The translations under genes and the position numbers were made by a program. DNA of 49,855 nt from Capsulimonadales bacterium (GTDB lineage Bacteria > Armatimonadota > Armatimonadia > Armatimonadales > Armatimonadaceae), in contig JANRLW010000040.1 of the NCBI GenBank assembly GCA_033762295.1, forward strand, positions 1 through 49,855. The letters are read 5' to 3'. The notes below the pieces were generated by a model that saw only the letters and a list, made by a program, of their open reading frames with translations, was not told the origin of the DNA and did no database searches. Shown one piece after another: positions 19,304-29,100 of the stretch. Every line of letters starts with the position of its first letter. The first letter of the stretch is position 1.

Positions 19304-19614
19304 ATGTATTGATACGCAACAGGCGAAGCCGTGTTTGCTTTCACGTTTTTGAAATCCGTTCAACGAAGGAGTTGCCGGTAATCATGGCGTCGATGACAGA
19401 GGCCGCTCGGGAAAGAACCCGCTCTTCCACAGTGGTAGCAAAAGCCGTTAATGCTACCGAACCATCTTTCCGTCACCGCTTCCGTACGCCCAGGTTTCTC
19501 CCGGCGCATTCCGTTTGTCTTTCATCTCGCTCGCCTGTTACCGGTCCTATCGTCCCGATGGGGTAGTACCCATTGAATCTTGCCGTCGTCGGCATCATTG
19601 GAAAGTGAGTGCAT

Positions 19615-20526
19615 ATGAAGAAGGTCAATGCCTTTACCCTGATCGAATTGCTTGTCGTCATCGCTATCATTGCGATTCTTGCCGCGATCCTGTTCCCGGT
19701 CTTCGCTCAGGCCCGCGAAAAGGCCCGTTCCATCTCCTGCCTCTCGAACGTTAAGCAGCTGGGCCTCGGCGTGTCGATGTACGTCCAGGATTACGATGAG
19801 ACCTTCCCGTTCGCCTGGGGCAACCCGGCCGGGACCTGGTATGAAACCGTCTATCCGTACATTAAAAACGGCCAGGTGAGGGACACTGCCGGCGTCGTCC
19901 TCTGGCGCGCCAGCAACGGCCTCTATCGCTGCCCGTCGGACGGCACACCCTCCACTTCCTACACCGCCAACGCCAACCTCTTCGGCGGCGACAGCGGCGG
20001 GAACGTCAAGCCGGCCAAGACCCTGGCCGCCATGAACCGGCCCGCCGATGTCGTCGCGATTATGGACTCCAACAAGTGGCGCAACGACGGCGCGACCGAC
20101 ACCCCCGGCTACGAGACCCCGACCGACATCATTCGCGTCGGACTCAACATTAACGGCGTCAATGGCAACAACGGCGACGTGCCGCTGGACGAATCGAGCA
20201 ACGCCGCCGCCAAGTGGATGCAGAACTACTTCAAAAACCCGCAGTGTGACATGACCGACTACCACGGCTATCCGTGGTCCGATCTGTCGCCCTGCGCCAC
20301 CTATGGCGGCGCGAACGCGGGCTGGGCCAACAAGTACCCGGCGTTCCGCCACCATCGTACCGGCCTCGGTTCCGGCTTCGCCAACTTCGCCTTCGCGGAC
20401 GGCCATGCCAAGGCGTTCCGCTTCGGCAGTCTGGGCGCGGCCAACTACCTGCCGCTGCTTTCGGACACGACCGCCGCGGTCTGCGGACCCGGCAACACCA
20501 TCGCGCAGTGTGAAACGCTGCCGTAG
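19615..20526 (+). CDS. Prepilin-type DUF1559-like protein, paralogue 2
   Basis: Same N-terminal motif as 14576; CPSD; RHH...[11 protein letters not shown]. Confidence 0.95.
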   Translation: MKKVNAFTLIELLVVIAIIAILAAILFPVFAQAREKARSISCLSNVKQLGLGVSMYVQDYDETFPFAWGNPAGTWYETVYPYIKNGQVRDTAGVVLWRASNGLYRCPSDGTPSTSYTANANLFGGDSGGNVKPAKTLAAMNRPADVVAIMDSNKWRNDGATDTPGYETPTDIIRVGLNINGVNGNNGDVPLDESSNAAAKWMQNYFKNPQCDMTDYHGYPWSDLSPCATYGGANAGWANKYPAFRHHRTGLGSGFANFAFADGHAKAFRFGSLGAANYLPLLSDTTAAVCGPGNTIAQCETLP

Positions 20527-20535
20527 TTGACTGAA

Positions 20536-20571
20536 AGAAACGAGGCAGGAACGGCTTCCTGCCTCGTTTCT
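20536..20571 (+). terminator. Perfect 16-bp stem-loop after prepilin 2
   Basis: AGAAACGAGGCAGGAA-CGGC-TTCCTGCCTCGTTTCT. Confidence 0.75.
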
Positions 20572-20594
20572 CCGTCCCGCTCGATCACTTTTCC

Positions 20595-22940
20595 ATGTCA
20601 CGTGCCGTCGACTATAATCCGGGTTTGCCTCAGAACGCCGATACCGCTCCCTCGAAACCGGTCGTACCCCGATGGCGCGTCTTCGTGCTTCTCTCGCTCC
20701 TTGCTCTGATGGGGGGCGCCGTCTGGCTGCGACTGGCCCTGGCCCCCTCGGAGGACCGGCTCAAAGCCGCGTCGCTCGAAGAACTGGCCCGACGGGCGAC
20801 GTCCGATCCGAACGACGGACGGACTCTGTACTACCTGGGTCTCGCGCAGGAGAAGGCCGGCCGCGATACGGAGGCGTTCGAAACGCTGGCCCGGGCCGCC
20901 GAACGTCAGCCCGACCGGCTCGATATCTGGGAAGCCGCTGCCCGGACCGCCGGAAAGGTCAACGGACCGCGCGGCGCGATCAACATCCTCGATGCCTTCG
21001 TCAAGGCCCACCCGGAGAACGGGCGGGCGCACCTGGCTCTTTCCCGGGTCCTCGCCGAACAGAAAGTGTTCAAGGCCGCCTATGCCGGGGCGAGGAAGGC
21101 ATCGGAACTTCTGCCGCAGTCGGCTGACGCCTGGGACCATCTTTCGCAGGTCGCGGCGGTCGCGGAGGAGGCCGATGACGCCATCCTGGCGGCCCGCCGG
21201 GCCGTCGAATTACAACCGACGGCGGAACGTCATGCCGCGCTCGGCAACGCGCTCTCGCTGAAGCGGCGGTGGACCGAGGCGATTCCGGCTTACGAGGCCT
21301 CCCTGAAAGCGAACCCCGACCAGCCGCTCGTCGCCGCATCGCTCGCACGGGTCCGTCTCTCGGCGACGCCCGACCGGGCGACGGCGGAGGCCGTCCTGCC
21401 CCTGCTGGAGAAAAGCGTCGCGCAGCGGCCGGAGGTCGCGTTCCCCGCGCTGTTTCTCGGAAAGGCGTACACGCTTCTCGAACGCTGGAAGGAGGCCCGA
21501 ACCGCCTTCGCCACCGCTATCCGGCTCGATCCGACGAACAACGAGCAGTATTTCGAGATGGCCCGCGTTTGTGACCGGCTCGGTGACCGCGCCGCCGCCG
21601 GGACCGCCCGCGCCCGACAGGCCGACATTCTGAGGTTTCAGGCACGGCGCAACGATCTGGTCCGCGCGATGAACACGGCGGGAAGCGGAACCCCCGAGGG
21701 GTTGCGCCTGCGGCGTGAACTGGCGCGGGGGTATCGGCGGCAGGGACGCTATGCGGAGGCCGCCGCCGAGTATCGCCGACTGGAGGAGTTGAATCCGAAC
21801 GATCCGGCCGTCGCCGAGGAGCGCCGCGAGGCCGAGGCGCTGGCGACCCCGATGGATCAGTTGCTCGCGGCGGGGGCGCGCGCCCTGGAGGCCGGAAACT
21901 ACGGACCGGCGATCGCCACCTACCTGATCGCACTGAAAAAGGACAGTGGCGACGCCCGTGCCTGGGAGGGGGAGGGACTGGCCCTCGCCAACTCCGGAGA
22001 CCCCGGAAAGGCGATCCCGTTCCTGGCGCAGGCGACCCGACTGGACCCGAAACGGGTCGCCGCCCAGACCGCCCTGGCGCAGGCGAGCCTGCTGCAGGGC
22101 CTGTTGCCCGAGGCGCGACAGCGGATGGAACAGGTGGTGGCCGCACAGCCGGAGAACGCCGCCGCCTGGCACCTGCTCGGAACCATCCGGCGCGATCAGG
22201 GCGACATGGCCCGTTCGGAAACCGCCCTGCGGGAAGCCGTGCATCTCGACCCGAAACAGGCGGCGTTCGCGATGGATCTGGCCGAAGTGCTGCAGGAGAC
22301 GGGTAAAGCGGACGAGGCGGAAACCTTCGGACGGCTCGCCTTGACCCTGCGTCCCGATGATCCGGAGATCAAGTCGCGGGTCGGCGGACTGCTCGTTCGT
22401 CTGCCCGTGACCCCGGCGCGTACGGCGGACGCCGAGAAACTGCTGACCGAGGCGGTGACCCGCCAGCCGGGCGACGATTTCGCACAGTACGGACTGGCGA
22501 AACTCCTGCTGGCGCGCGGGCGGACCACGGAGGCGATACGTCGTATGGAGGAGGTCACCCGCCGTCGTCCGCCCGCCGAGGTGAAAGAGGTCTGGTACAC
22601 ACTCTCCCGCGCCTATGCCGGGGCCGGACAGGCGGAAAAATCGCGTCGGGCGGCGGCGACGGCGACCGAACTGGAACGGGCTTTTCAACAGAGGACGACC
22701 GTACGCGAACGGGTCGCCCTGCATCCGGAGAACAGCGCCTATCGCCTTGCCTATATCGACCTGCTCGAAAAAGAGGGCGATTTGCGGCGGGCGTATCTGG
22801 AAGCCGGACGCGGTCTGCGACGGGACGCCGGAAACCCGGCATTGCGTCGTCGGCAGAATGAACTCCGGCGAAAGTTGACTCAATCCGGAAAAGGCGCGCG
22901 GCTGAGCCTGCTCGACGGATTTATTGCGGCAAATCCCTGA
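20595..22940 (+). CDS. Membrane-anchored TPR protein, paralogue of 15615
   Basis: N-terminal TM helix and TPR repeats; segment LKKDSGDARAWEGEGLAL resembles LKKDISNAGALEGAGLAL. Confidence 0.9.
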   Translation: MSRAVDYNPGLPQNADTAPSKPVVPRWRVFVLLSLLALMGGAVWLRLALAPSEDRLKAASLEELARRATSDPNDGRTLYYLGLAQEKAGRDTEAFETLARAAERQPDRLDIWEAAARTAGKVNGPRGAINILDAFVKAHPENGRAHLALSRVLAEQKVFKAAYAGARKASELLPQSADAWDHLSQVAAVAEEADDAILAARRAVELQPTAERHAALGNALSLKRRWTEAIPAYEASLKANPDQPLVAASLARVRLSATPDRATAEAVLPLLEKSVAQRPEVAFPALFLGKAYTLLERWKEARTAFATAIRLDPTNNEQYFEMARVCDRLGDRAAAGTARARQADILRFQARRNDLVRAMNTAGSGTPEGLRLRRELARGYRRQGRYAEAAAEYRRLEELNPNDPAVAEERREAEALATPMDQLLAAGARALEAGNYGPAIATYLIALKKDSGDARAWEGEGLALANSGDPGKAIPFLAQATRLDPKRVAAQTALAQASLLQGLLPEARQRMEQVVAAQPENAAAWHLLGTIRRDQGDMARSETALREAVHLDPKQAAFAMDLAEVLQETGKADEAETFGRLALTLRPDDPEIKSRVGGLLVRLPVTPARTADAEKLLTEAVTRQPGDDFAQYGLAKLLLARGRTTEAIRRMEEVTRRRPPAEVKEVWYTLSRAYAGAGQAEKSRRAAATATELERAFQQRTTVRERVALHPENSAYRLAYIDLLEKEGDLRRAYLEAGRGLRRDAGNPALRRRQNELRRKLTQSGKGARLSLLDGFIAANP

Positions 22941-22967
22941 AGACGATCATCTTGTGAGGAAACAAAA

Positions 22968-23249
22968 ATGGGCGATAACCGGAATGGAATGTTCATCGGC
23001 GTCGGCGCGATCGTGGTCGCGATCCTCGCCGCCGTCATCTCGTTTAACGTCTTCCTGCCGAAGTCGTCGCCGCCCGTCACGGTGCGGAACCCGAACTCGG
23101 CGATGCTGAAGGAACTGGCGATGAAGTGTCAGGGCGACGCGAGCAGGCTGTCGATGGAGGAGCAGCAGAAGGTGGCGCAGGCGGTCGGCGGTCCGCAGTA
23201 TATCGGTCTGGCGATCAAGGGCGAGTACGCTCGCTGGGCCAAGAAATAG
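22968..23249 (+). CDS. Small membrane-anchored protein
   Basis: RBS GAGGA; N-terminal TM helix; followed by a terminator hairpin. Confidence 0.8.
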   Translation: MGDNRNGMFIGVGAIVVAILAAVISFNVFLPKSSPPVTVRNPNSAMLKELAMKCQGDASRLSMEEQQKVAQAVGGPQYIGLAIKGEYARWAKK

Positions 23250-23254
23250 GCGAC

Positions 23255-23290
23255 CGGTTCTCCCCTTCGGCGTTCCGAAGGGGAGAACCG
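23255..23290. terminator. Hairpin between convergent genes
   Basis: CGGTTCTCCCCTTCGG-CGTT-CCGAAGGGGAGAACCG, a perfect 16-bp stem. Confidence 0.8.
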
Positions 23291-23296
23291 ATGCGA

Positions 23297-24562
23297 CTAT
23301 CGGACGGCCTTTTCGGGAACGGGGAGACGGTACCGCTCCTCGTAGGCTTTGTCGAACGCGCTGAGGCTCGGGGCGATGCTTGCCTCGGCGAACAGATGGT
23401 CCTTGACCGCTTCGGGGGTCTTCAGACCGTTGCCGGTAATCGCGATAACGACGACATCGTCCCGGTCGAACCGGCCCTGTTCGGCCAGTTTCTTCGTCAC
23501 GGAGACGGTCACCCCGCCCGCCGTTTCGGTCCAGATGCCCTCGGTCTCGGCCAGGAGGCGGATACCCGCCACGACCTCCTCCTCGGTGCAGTCCTCGCCG
23601 CCGCCGCCGGTCTTGCGGCAGATATCCGCCGCGTAGTAACCGTCGGCCGGATTGCCGATCGCGATCGATTTGGCGATGGTGTTCGGCCGCTGCGGACGCA
23701 GCACTTCGGCCCCGGTTTTGACCATGGTGACGATTGGGTTACAGCCCGCCGCCTGCGCCGAGTAGACTTTCGTCTTGACCGGTTCGTCCAGCAGACCGAG
23801 TTTTTCCAGTTCGTAGAACGCTTTCGGGATCTTGGTAATCAGCGAGCCGCCCGCGCAGGGGACGATCAGGTGATCCGGCGTCTTCCAGCCAAGCTGCTCG
23901 GCGATCTCGAACCCGTAGGATTTGGAACCGTCGCCGTAGAACGGGCGCAGGTTGATATTGGCGAACGCCCAGCCGTACTTATCGCCGACTTCGGCGCACA
24001 GGCGGTTCACATCGTCGTAGCAGCCGTCGATCTTGATGACGGTCGCGCCGTAGATGAGATTCCCGAGCACCTTGTTCGCTTCGAGGTCGGACGGAATAAA
24101 GACGAAGCACTCGAACGCGCCTTCGGCGGCGTGGGCGGCCACGGAGTTCGCCAGGTTGCCGGTGGAGGCGCAGGCGACGGTGGTGTACCCGAACTCACGC
24201 GCCTTGGACAGGGCGACGGCGACGACACGATCCTTGAAGGAGAGCGTCGGATGGTTGACCGCATCGTTCTTAATGTAGAGATTTCGGAGGCCGAGCCGCT
24301 TGCCCAGGCGTTCGGCCCGGATCAACGGCGTCCATCCCACCTGTTTACCGACCGTCGGTTCGCCGTCGATCGGGAGAAGATCGGCATAACGCCACATGGA
24401 GAACGGCCCGCGTTCGATCTTTTCGCGGGAGACGGACTGTCGGATGGTATCCCAGTCGTAGGCGACTTCGAGAGGTCCGAAGCAGAGTTCGCAGACGTGA
24501 TTCGGAAGTTTTTCGTACTCGGCGCCGCACTCGCGACACCGCATTCCCAGAACATGACCCAT
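23297..24562 (-). CDS. Threonine synthase family PLP enzyme (possibly O-phosphohomoserine sulfhydrylase)
   Basis: N-terminal CRECG..CELC ribbon, HPTLSFKDR, ASTGN, IAIGNP, ITGNGLKT. Symbol withheld because of the Met T-box. Confidence 0.9.
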   Translation of the reverse strand: MGHVLGMRCRECGAEYEKLPNHVCELCFGPLEVAYDWDTIRQSVSREKIERGPFSMWRYADLLPIDGEPTVGKQVGWTPLIRAERLGKRLGLRNLYIKNDAVNHPTLSFKDRVVAVALSKAREFGYTTVACASTGNLANSVAAHAAEGAFECFVFIPSDLEANKVLGNLIYGATVIKIDGCYDDVNRLCAEVGDKYGWAFANINLRPFYGDGSKSYGFEIAEQLGWKTPDHLIVPCAGGSLITKIPKAFYELEKLGLLDEPVKTKVYSAQAAGCNPIVTMVKTGAEVLRPQRPNTIAKSIAIGNPADGYYAADICRKTGGGGEDCTEEEVVAGIRLLAETEGIWTETAGGVTVSVTKKLAEQGRFDRDDVVVIAITGNGLKTPEAVKDHLFAEASIAPSLSAFDKAYEERYRLPVPEKAVR

Positions 24563-24669
24563 GATTTCGCTTACCCCTTAAACGGTATCGCAGCGGGTCA
24601 ACGAACGGTCGTCCGAGGAAGAACGGCCGGTGCCCGCCTCGCCGATAACGGTGTCGATCCGCCGTGAAC

Positions 24670-24990
24670 GGAGCGACCGGTGCAAGGACGAGCGATCTGA
24701 GAAGCTCGTGGTACCACCTTGCTTCGCGCGGCAGATGCCGTCGCCTTTTAGGCTGCCGGAGCGGGAAGCGTGTTAAACCATCCCCGACCGCCCGGTTTTG
24801 ATAACGGGGCCCCACCACCCCGGCGCCGACTACTGACCGAATCTCGTTTCGGCGTTCCCCGGCGCAGCTCGGAAGTCATTTCCGCCGGGCGATCTCCTGC
24901 CGGTTTCCACCCCGAACGACCTGAAACAGGCCATTCTCCCGGCTCTCTGGTCGGAGTCGCTGCGGCGTACTACTCTTCGTCGTCGCTTTT
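24670..24990 (-). ncRNA. T-box riboswitch, specifier codon AUG (Met)
   Basis: Minus strand: GAAG-AGTAGTA-CGCC, AGAGAGCC, GGTGGAA, GGCG-GAA-ATG-A-CTTC (codon at 24879-24877), AGTA and CCGTTA, T-box AAGGTGGTACCACG (24720-24707), antiterminator 3' arm CGTCCTT. Confidence 0.92.
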
Positions 24991-24998
24991 GCTGTGCC

Positions 24999-25027
24999 AT
25001 TCTATACCCGAATGCCGGGCATGTCAA
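24999..25027 (-). promoter_or_regulatory. sigma70 promoter of the T-box leader
   Basis: TTGACA (25027-22)-N17-TAGAAT (25004-24999). Confidence 0.8.
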
Positions 25028-25030
25028 ATG

Positions 25031-25942
25031 TTACGGAGCGTCCGGAGGCGGCATCAGTTCCCTCGCGCCCTGTTCGAGCAGGCGATCGTAGATGCGTTGC
25101 GGCAGGGTCGTATCCGGCAGGGTCACGGTTCCGGCGGCGTAAACCAGACGGGAACCGTTGGGGGCGGCGACCAGACCGGCCATGACCCCGCGATCCCCGG
25201 CAAAGAACGCGTGCCCGGCCACCGGCGCGGTGCAGCCTCCGCCGAGCAGGGCGAGGAATTGCCGCTCTGCCGTCACCGCCAGACGTGTCGGCTCATGGTC
25301 GCAGATTTCCCGCACCTGCTCTATCAGGTCGGTGTCCCCGGCGCGACACTGAACGGCAACACAGCCCTGGCCGACCTGTGGCAGCAGAATCTCCTCGGAG
25401 ATCCGCTCGGAGATGACCGATTCCCGGCCCAGTCGGTCGAGTCCGGCGCAGGCGAGAACCAGGGCGTCCGCCGATCCTTCGTCCAGTTTGCGCAGGCGCG
25501 TGTCCACATTGCCGCGTATCGGGATGGGACGCAGGTCCGGCCGACGATGCAGCAACTGGGCGATACGCCGGGGCGCGGACGTGGCGACGGTCGCGTTCCG
25601 CGGAAGATCGTTGATCGAACGGTAGCGGGAGACCAGGGCATCCCGGGCATCGGCGCGTTCGCAGAACGCCGCCAGCATTAGCCCCGGAACATCGACCGAC
25701 GGCAGGTCCTTGGCGGAGTGAACCGCCAGATCGATGCTCCCGGCCAGCAGTTCCGACTCGATCTCGCGCACGAAGACGCCTTTACCCGCGACCGCTGCCA
25801 GCGGGACATCCGTTCGAGCATCGCCGCTGGTTTGAATGAAGACGACCTCCACCGTATGACCGGCGGAACGGAGTTTGCCGGCGACGAACCCCGCCTGCCA
25901 CCGGGCGAGCGCCGATCCGCGTGTTCCCAGACGCAGTATCAC
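25031..25942 (-). CDS. hemC: Hydroxymethylbilane synthase (porphobilinogen deaminase)
   Basis: LGTRGSALARWQ, GKGVFVREIE, AVHSAKDLP, RGNVDTRL, LGGGCTAP; GTG start with RBS AAAGGA. Confidence 0.97.
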   Translation of the reverse strand: MILRLGTRGSALARWQAGFVAGKLRSAGHTVEVVFIQTSGDARTDVPLAAVAGKGVFVREIESELLAGSIDLAVHSAKDLPSVDVPGLMLAAFCERADARDALVSRYRSINDLPRNATVATSAPRRIAQLLHRRPDLRPIPIRGNVDTRLRKLDEGSADALVLACAGLDRLGRESVISERISEEILLPQVGQGCVAVQCRAGDTDLIEQVREICDHEPTRLAVTAERQFLALLGGGCTAPVAGHAFFAGDRGVMAGLVAAPNGSRLVYAAGTVTLPDTTLPQRIYDRLLEQGARELMPPPDAP

Positions 25943-26139
25943 CGTGTTCCTTTCTGCGATCGCGCATCGTTTACGGTGCACACGTGTGCCGCCCGGCGAG
26001 ATGGCCATCACCGTAATCAATTACCCGATTCAAACAAAAATTCCCACAAGGAATCTCGCAGAATATGCGAAAATCAAAATATTATTACCCTGCGAAAGGA
26101 ACCGGAGAAGGAAAAGCCGTAAAGCCGAGCCTTTTCCTC

Positions 26140-29100
26140 TTATGGGCGGGGGCGCGACCGGTACTTTTCAAAGAGTCGCGTCTGCCGGTTGGTCAAAGGC
26201 GTCGATCGTCCCCGAATCCAGGCGGCTTTGACATCGGTGGTGACTTCGAGGATATCTCCGGTCGTCAGAATGAGGGTCGCCTCCTTGCCGACTTCCAGAC
26301 TTCCCAGCCGTTCCTGGACGCCGAAAAGCTCCGCCGGGTAGACGGTGATCGCCTTCAGGGCATCGTCGGCGGCCATTCCGAACGCGGCGGCCATGGCGGC
26401 ATGCTGCGGGAGCCGTCGGGTCGTCTCGCCGGAACCGGCGGAACCGGCGGTCAGCAGGACCCGGACCCCGGCGCGGGCCAGCAGACCTGGCAGCGCGTAG
26501 AGGTCCTCGTACGGCGAATCCTCGAACCGGGGGAGGTTCAGGACCGGGCCGAACAGGAGGGGAATGTTTTCTGCCACCAGCAGTTCGGCGCAGCGGTCCG
26601 CCTGTTGACCGCCGACGAGCGCCATTTTCAGCCGGTTCGCTTTCGCCCAGGCGACCGCTCGCCGGATATCGGCTTCCCGGTCGGCGCGGACAAAGGCGGG
26701 CAGCTTTCCGTCCAGCACGGGCAGGATCGCTTCCAGTCGGGCGTCCTTCGGGACCGGCGGCAGGGATCGGTCGTTCGCCTGACGCGCGGTGCGGTAACGA
26801 CGGGCGTCCTCCAGCAGCCGATCGAGCGCCATCATCCGGGCGTCACGCTCGGCGTTCGGAGATTCCGTCGGATTCGGGGTGCGCTGAACACCGCCCGCGC
26901 GGAACGACTCCGATTCGTCGTGTTCGGACGGGAGATCATCGCACCGGTGACCGTCGTCGCCCGATCGCCGGAACCCCAGGGTCGGGAAGTTGACATACAG
27001 AGCGGATTCGGCGCGGACGGTCATATCCTCCCAGGTCCAGCCGTCCGTTCGGACCACCGCCCCGGTTCCGCTGATCGTGCCGCCGCGCGGCGCGACCCCG
27101 AGGGTCAGAATACCCGCCTGTCGGGCCACCCCGAACCGTTCGCTATCCGGGTTGATTGCGTGGACGGTCTTGATCTCCGGGTTGAAGTCGCCGATCTCCG
27201 AACGGTCGTCGGTGGCGCTGAGAGAGTCGATTTCGATCAGACCGGTGGTGGAGTCGGCATCGAACAATCCCGGATAGGCGTGCATCCCCGCCCCCTGAAC
27301 GACCGTCGCCCCGCCGGGAACCGGCACCGACGTGCGGGTGCCGATGGCGGTAATCCGGTCGCCCTGGAACAGAAGGACGCCATCGGCAATCGGTGGCCCG
27401 GTGACCGGGTGGATTGTCGCGCCGACGATCGCGGTGACCGGACCGGCGGGCACCGGCAGTGCGGGTTTCGGGGCGTCTCCGGCGAGAACGGGTGTCCCGG
27501 CGGGCGGACGCGCCGGGATCGTCGGCAGCTTAACGGCGGGAGTCGGTGGGACGGGTGTCGTTCCGGGCGGCGTTTCCGCCGCGAGCAGACGCTGTTTTTC
27601 CGCCGCCAGCGCGCCGCGCGCCGCCAGGTCGGCCGCCCGATCGAAAAGTAACTGGCCGTCGACGAAGGTCTTCTCGCAGAGGCTGCGGGCGGACAGCGGT
27701 TCGCCGCTCCAGACGACCAGGTCGGCGTCCTTGCCTGGTTCGACGCTGCCGGTCATTTTATCGATACCCAGCTGTCGGGCCGGATTGATCGTGACCATAT
27801 TCAGAGCCTCGATCGCCGACAGTCCGCCGAAACGGACCACCCGCGCCGCTTCCAGGTTCAGACGGCGAGCCAGTTCGTCGCTGTCGGAGTTGAGGGAGAC
27901 GACGACCCCGCGTTCGGCCATCAACGCGCTGTTGTACGGAATGGCGTCGAAGGCTTCCACTTTGTATCCCCACCAGTCGGAGAACGTGCTGCCGCCGATG
28001 CCGGCCTTCGCGATCTCGTCGGCCACCTTGTAGCCTTCGAGCACATGCTGTAAGGTGGCGATCCGGATGCCGTACTCCTGCGCGAGCCGGATCAGCATCA
28101 GGATCTCGTCCTGCCGATAGCAGTGGCTGTGGATGACCCGTTTGCCTTCGAGCAGTTCGACGATCGTTTCGGTCTGCAGGTCGCGCGGCGGAGCGGCGGA
28201 AATCTTCCCGTTGCGGAAGGCGATTTGGGCGTCCCGATAGTCGCGCGCCCGCTGAAAAGCCTCCCGGATCACCTTCTCCACACCGGAACGGGTGGCGGGA
28301 TAGCGGCGCGGACGGCCCGGCACGGAGAAATTGCTCTGCTTGGGGTTCTCTCCGAGAGCGAACTTGATCCCCGGCAGCGCCCCTTTGATCAGGAGTTCGT
28401 CGGCGGTTTTGCCCCAACGCCACTTGACGACGGCGTTCTGACCGCCGATCGCGTTGGCGGAACCATGGAGTATATTCGCGGCGGTCGTCCCCCCGGCCAG
28501 CTGTCGGTAGATATTGATATCGTCGCTGTCGAGAACATCCTCGATCCGGCATTCGGCGGTAACGATGTTGGTCCCCTCGTTGACCCCGCCATCGATGGCC
28601 GTATGGGAGTGGCAGTCGATCAATCCGGCCGTGATATGCTTTCCTGCGGCGGCGATTTCCGTGGTGCCGCCGGGGACGGTCAGGCGCGGGCCGACTTTCA
28701 CGATCTTACCGGCGCGCACATACACGTCGGCATCGGGGAGAACGCCTGCCGGACCGGACGTCCAGACGGTCGCGCCGCGCAGGACGAAGGCGGCAGGGAC
28801 GGCGGAGGGCAGCGGCGGAACGGGGCCGGAAGCGACCTCGGGCGGCGCGGAGATGGCCCCTTCCTCCTTCGCCGCCGGGGACGTCTGTGCGCCGCCGGCA
28901 CTTTCGCGGGCGGCGGTTCGTGAGGATTTCGGCGGTTCGGCATCGAGGTCGGTACGTTTGCCATCGACAAAAACATACTTCAGCTTGCCTGCCGCGTCGA
29001 ACAGGGAACCGCCGCTGACCGCGACCAGATTGGCGATTTTGCCCGGTTCCAGAGTCCCCAGTTGCCGCGAGACACCGAAAAGGGTGGCGGGGGTCACGGT

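Noticed and set aside
14576..20526. Diversity-generating retroelement acting on the pilin paralogues
   Set aside because: No reverse transcriptase, and the differences are not adenine-specific template/variable repeat pairs.
26055..26069. Inverted repeat TCGCA-N5-TGCGA upstream of hemC
   Set aside because: A single 5-bp arm pair in AT-rich DNA is too weak to call a binding site.
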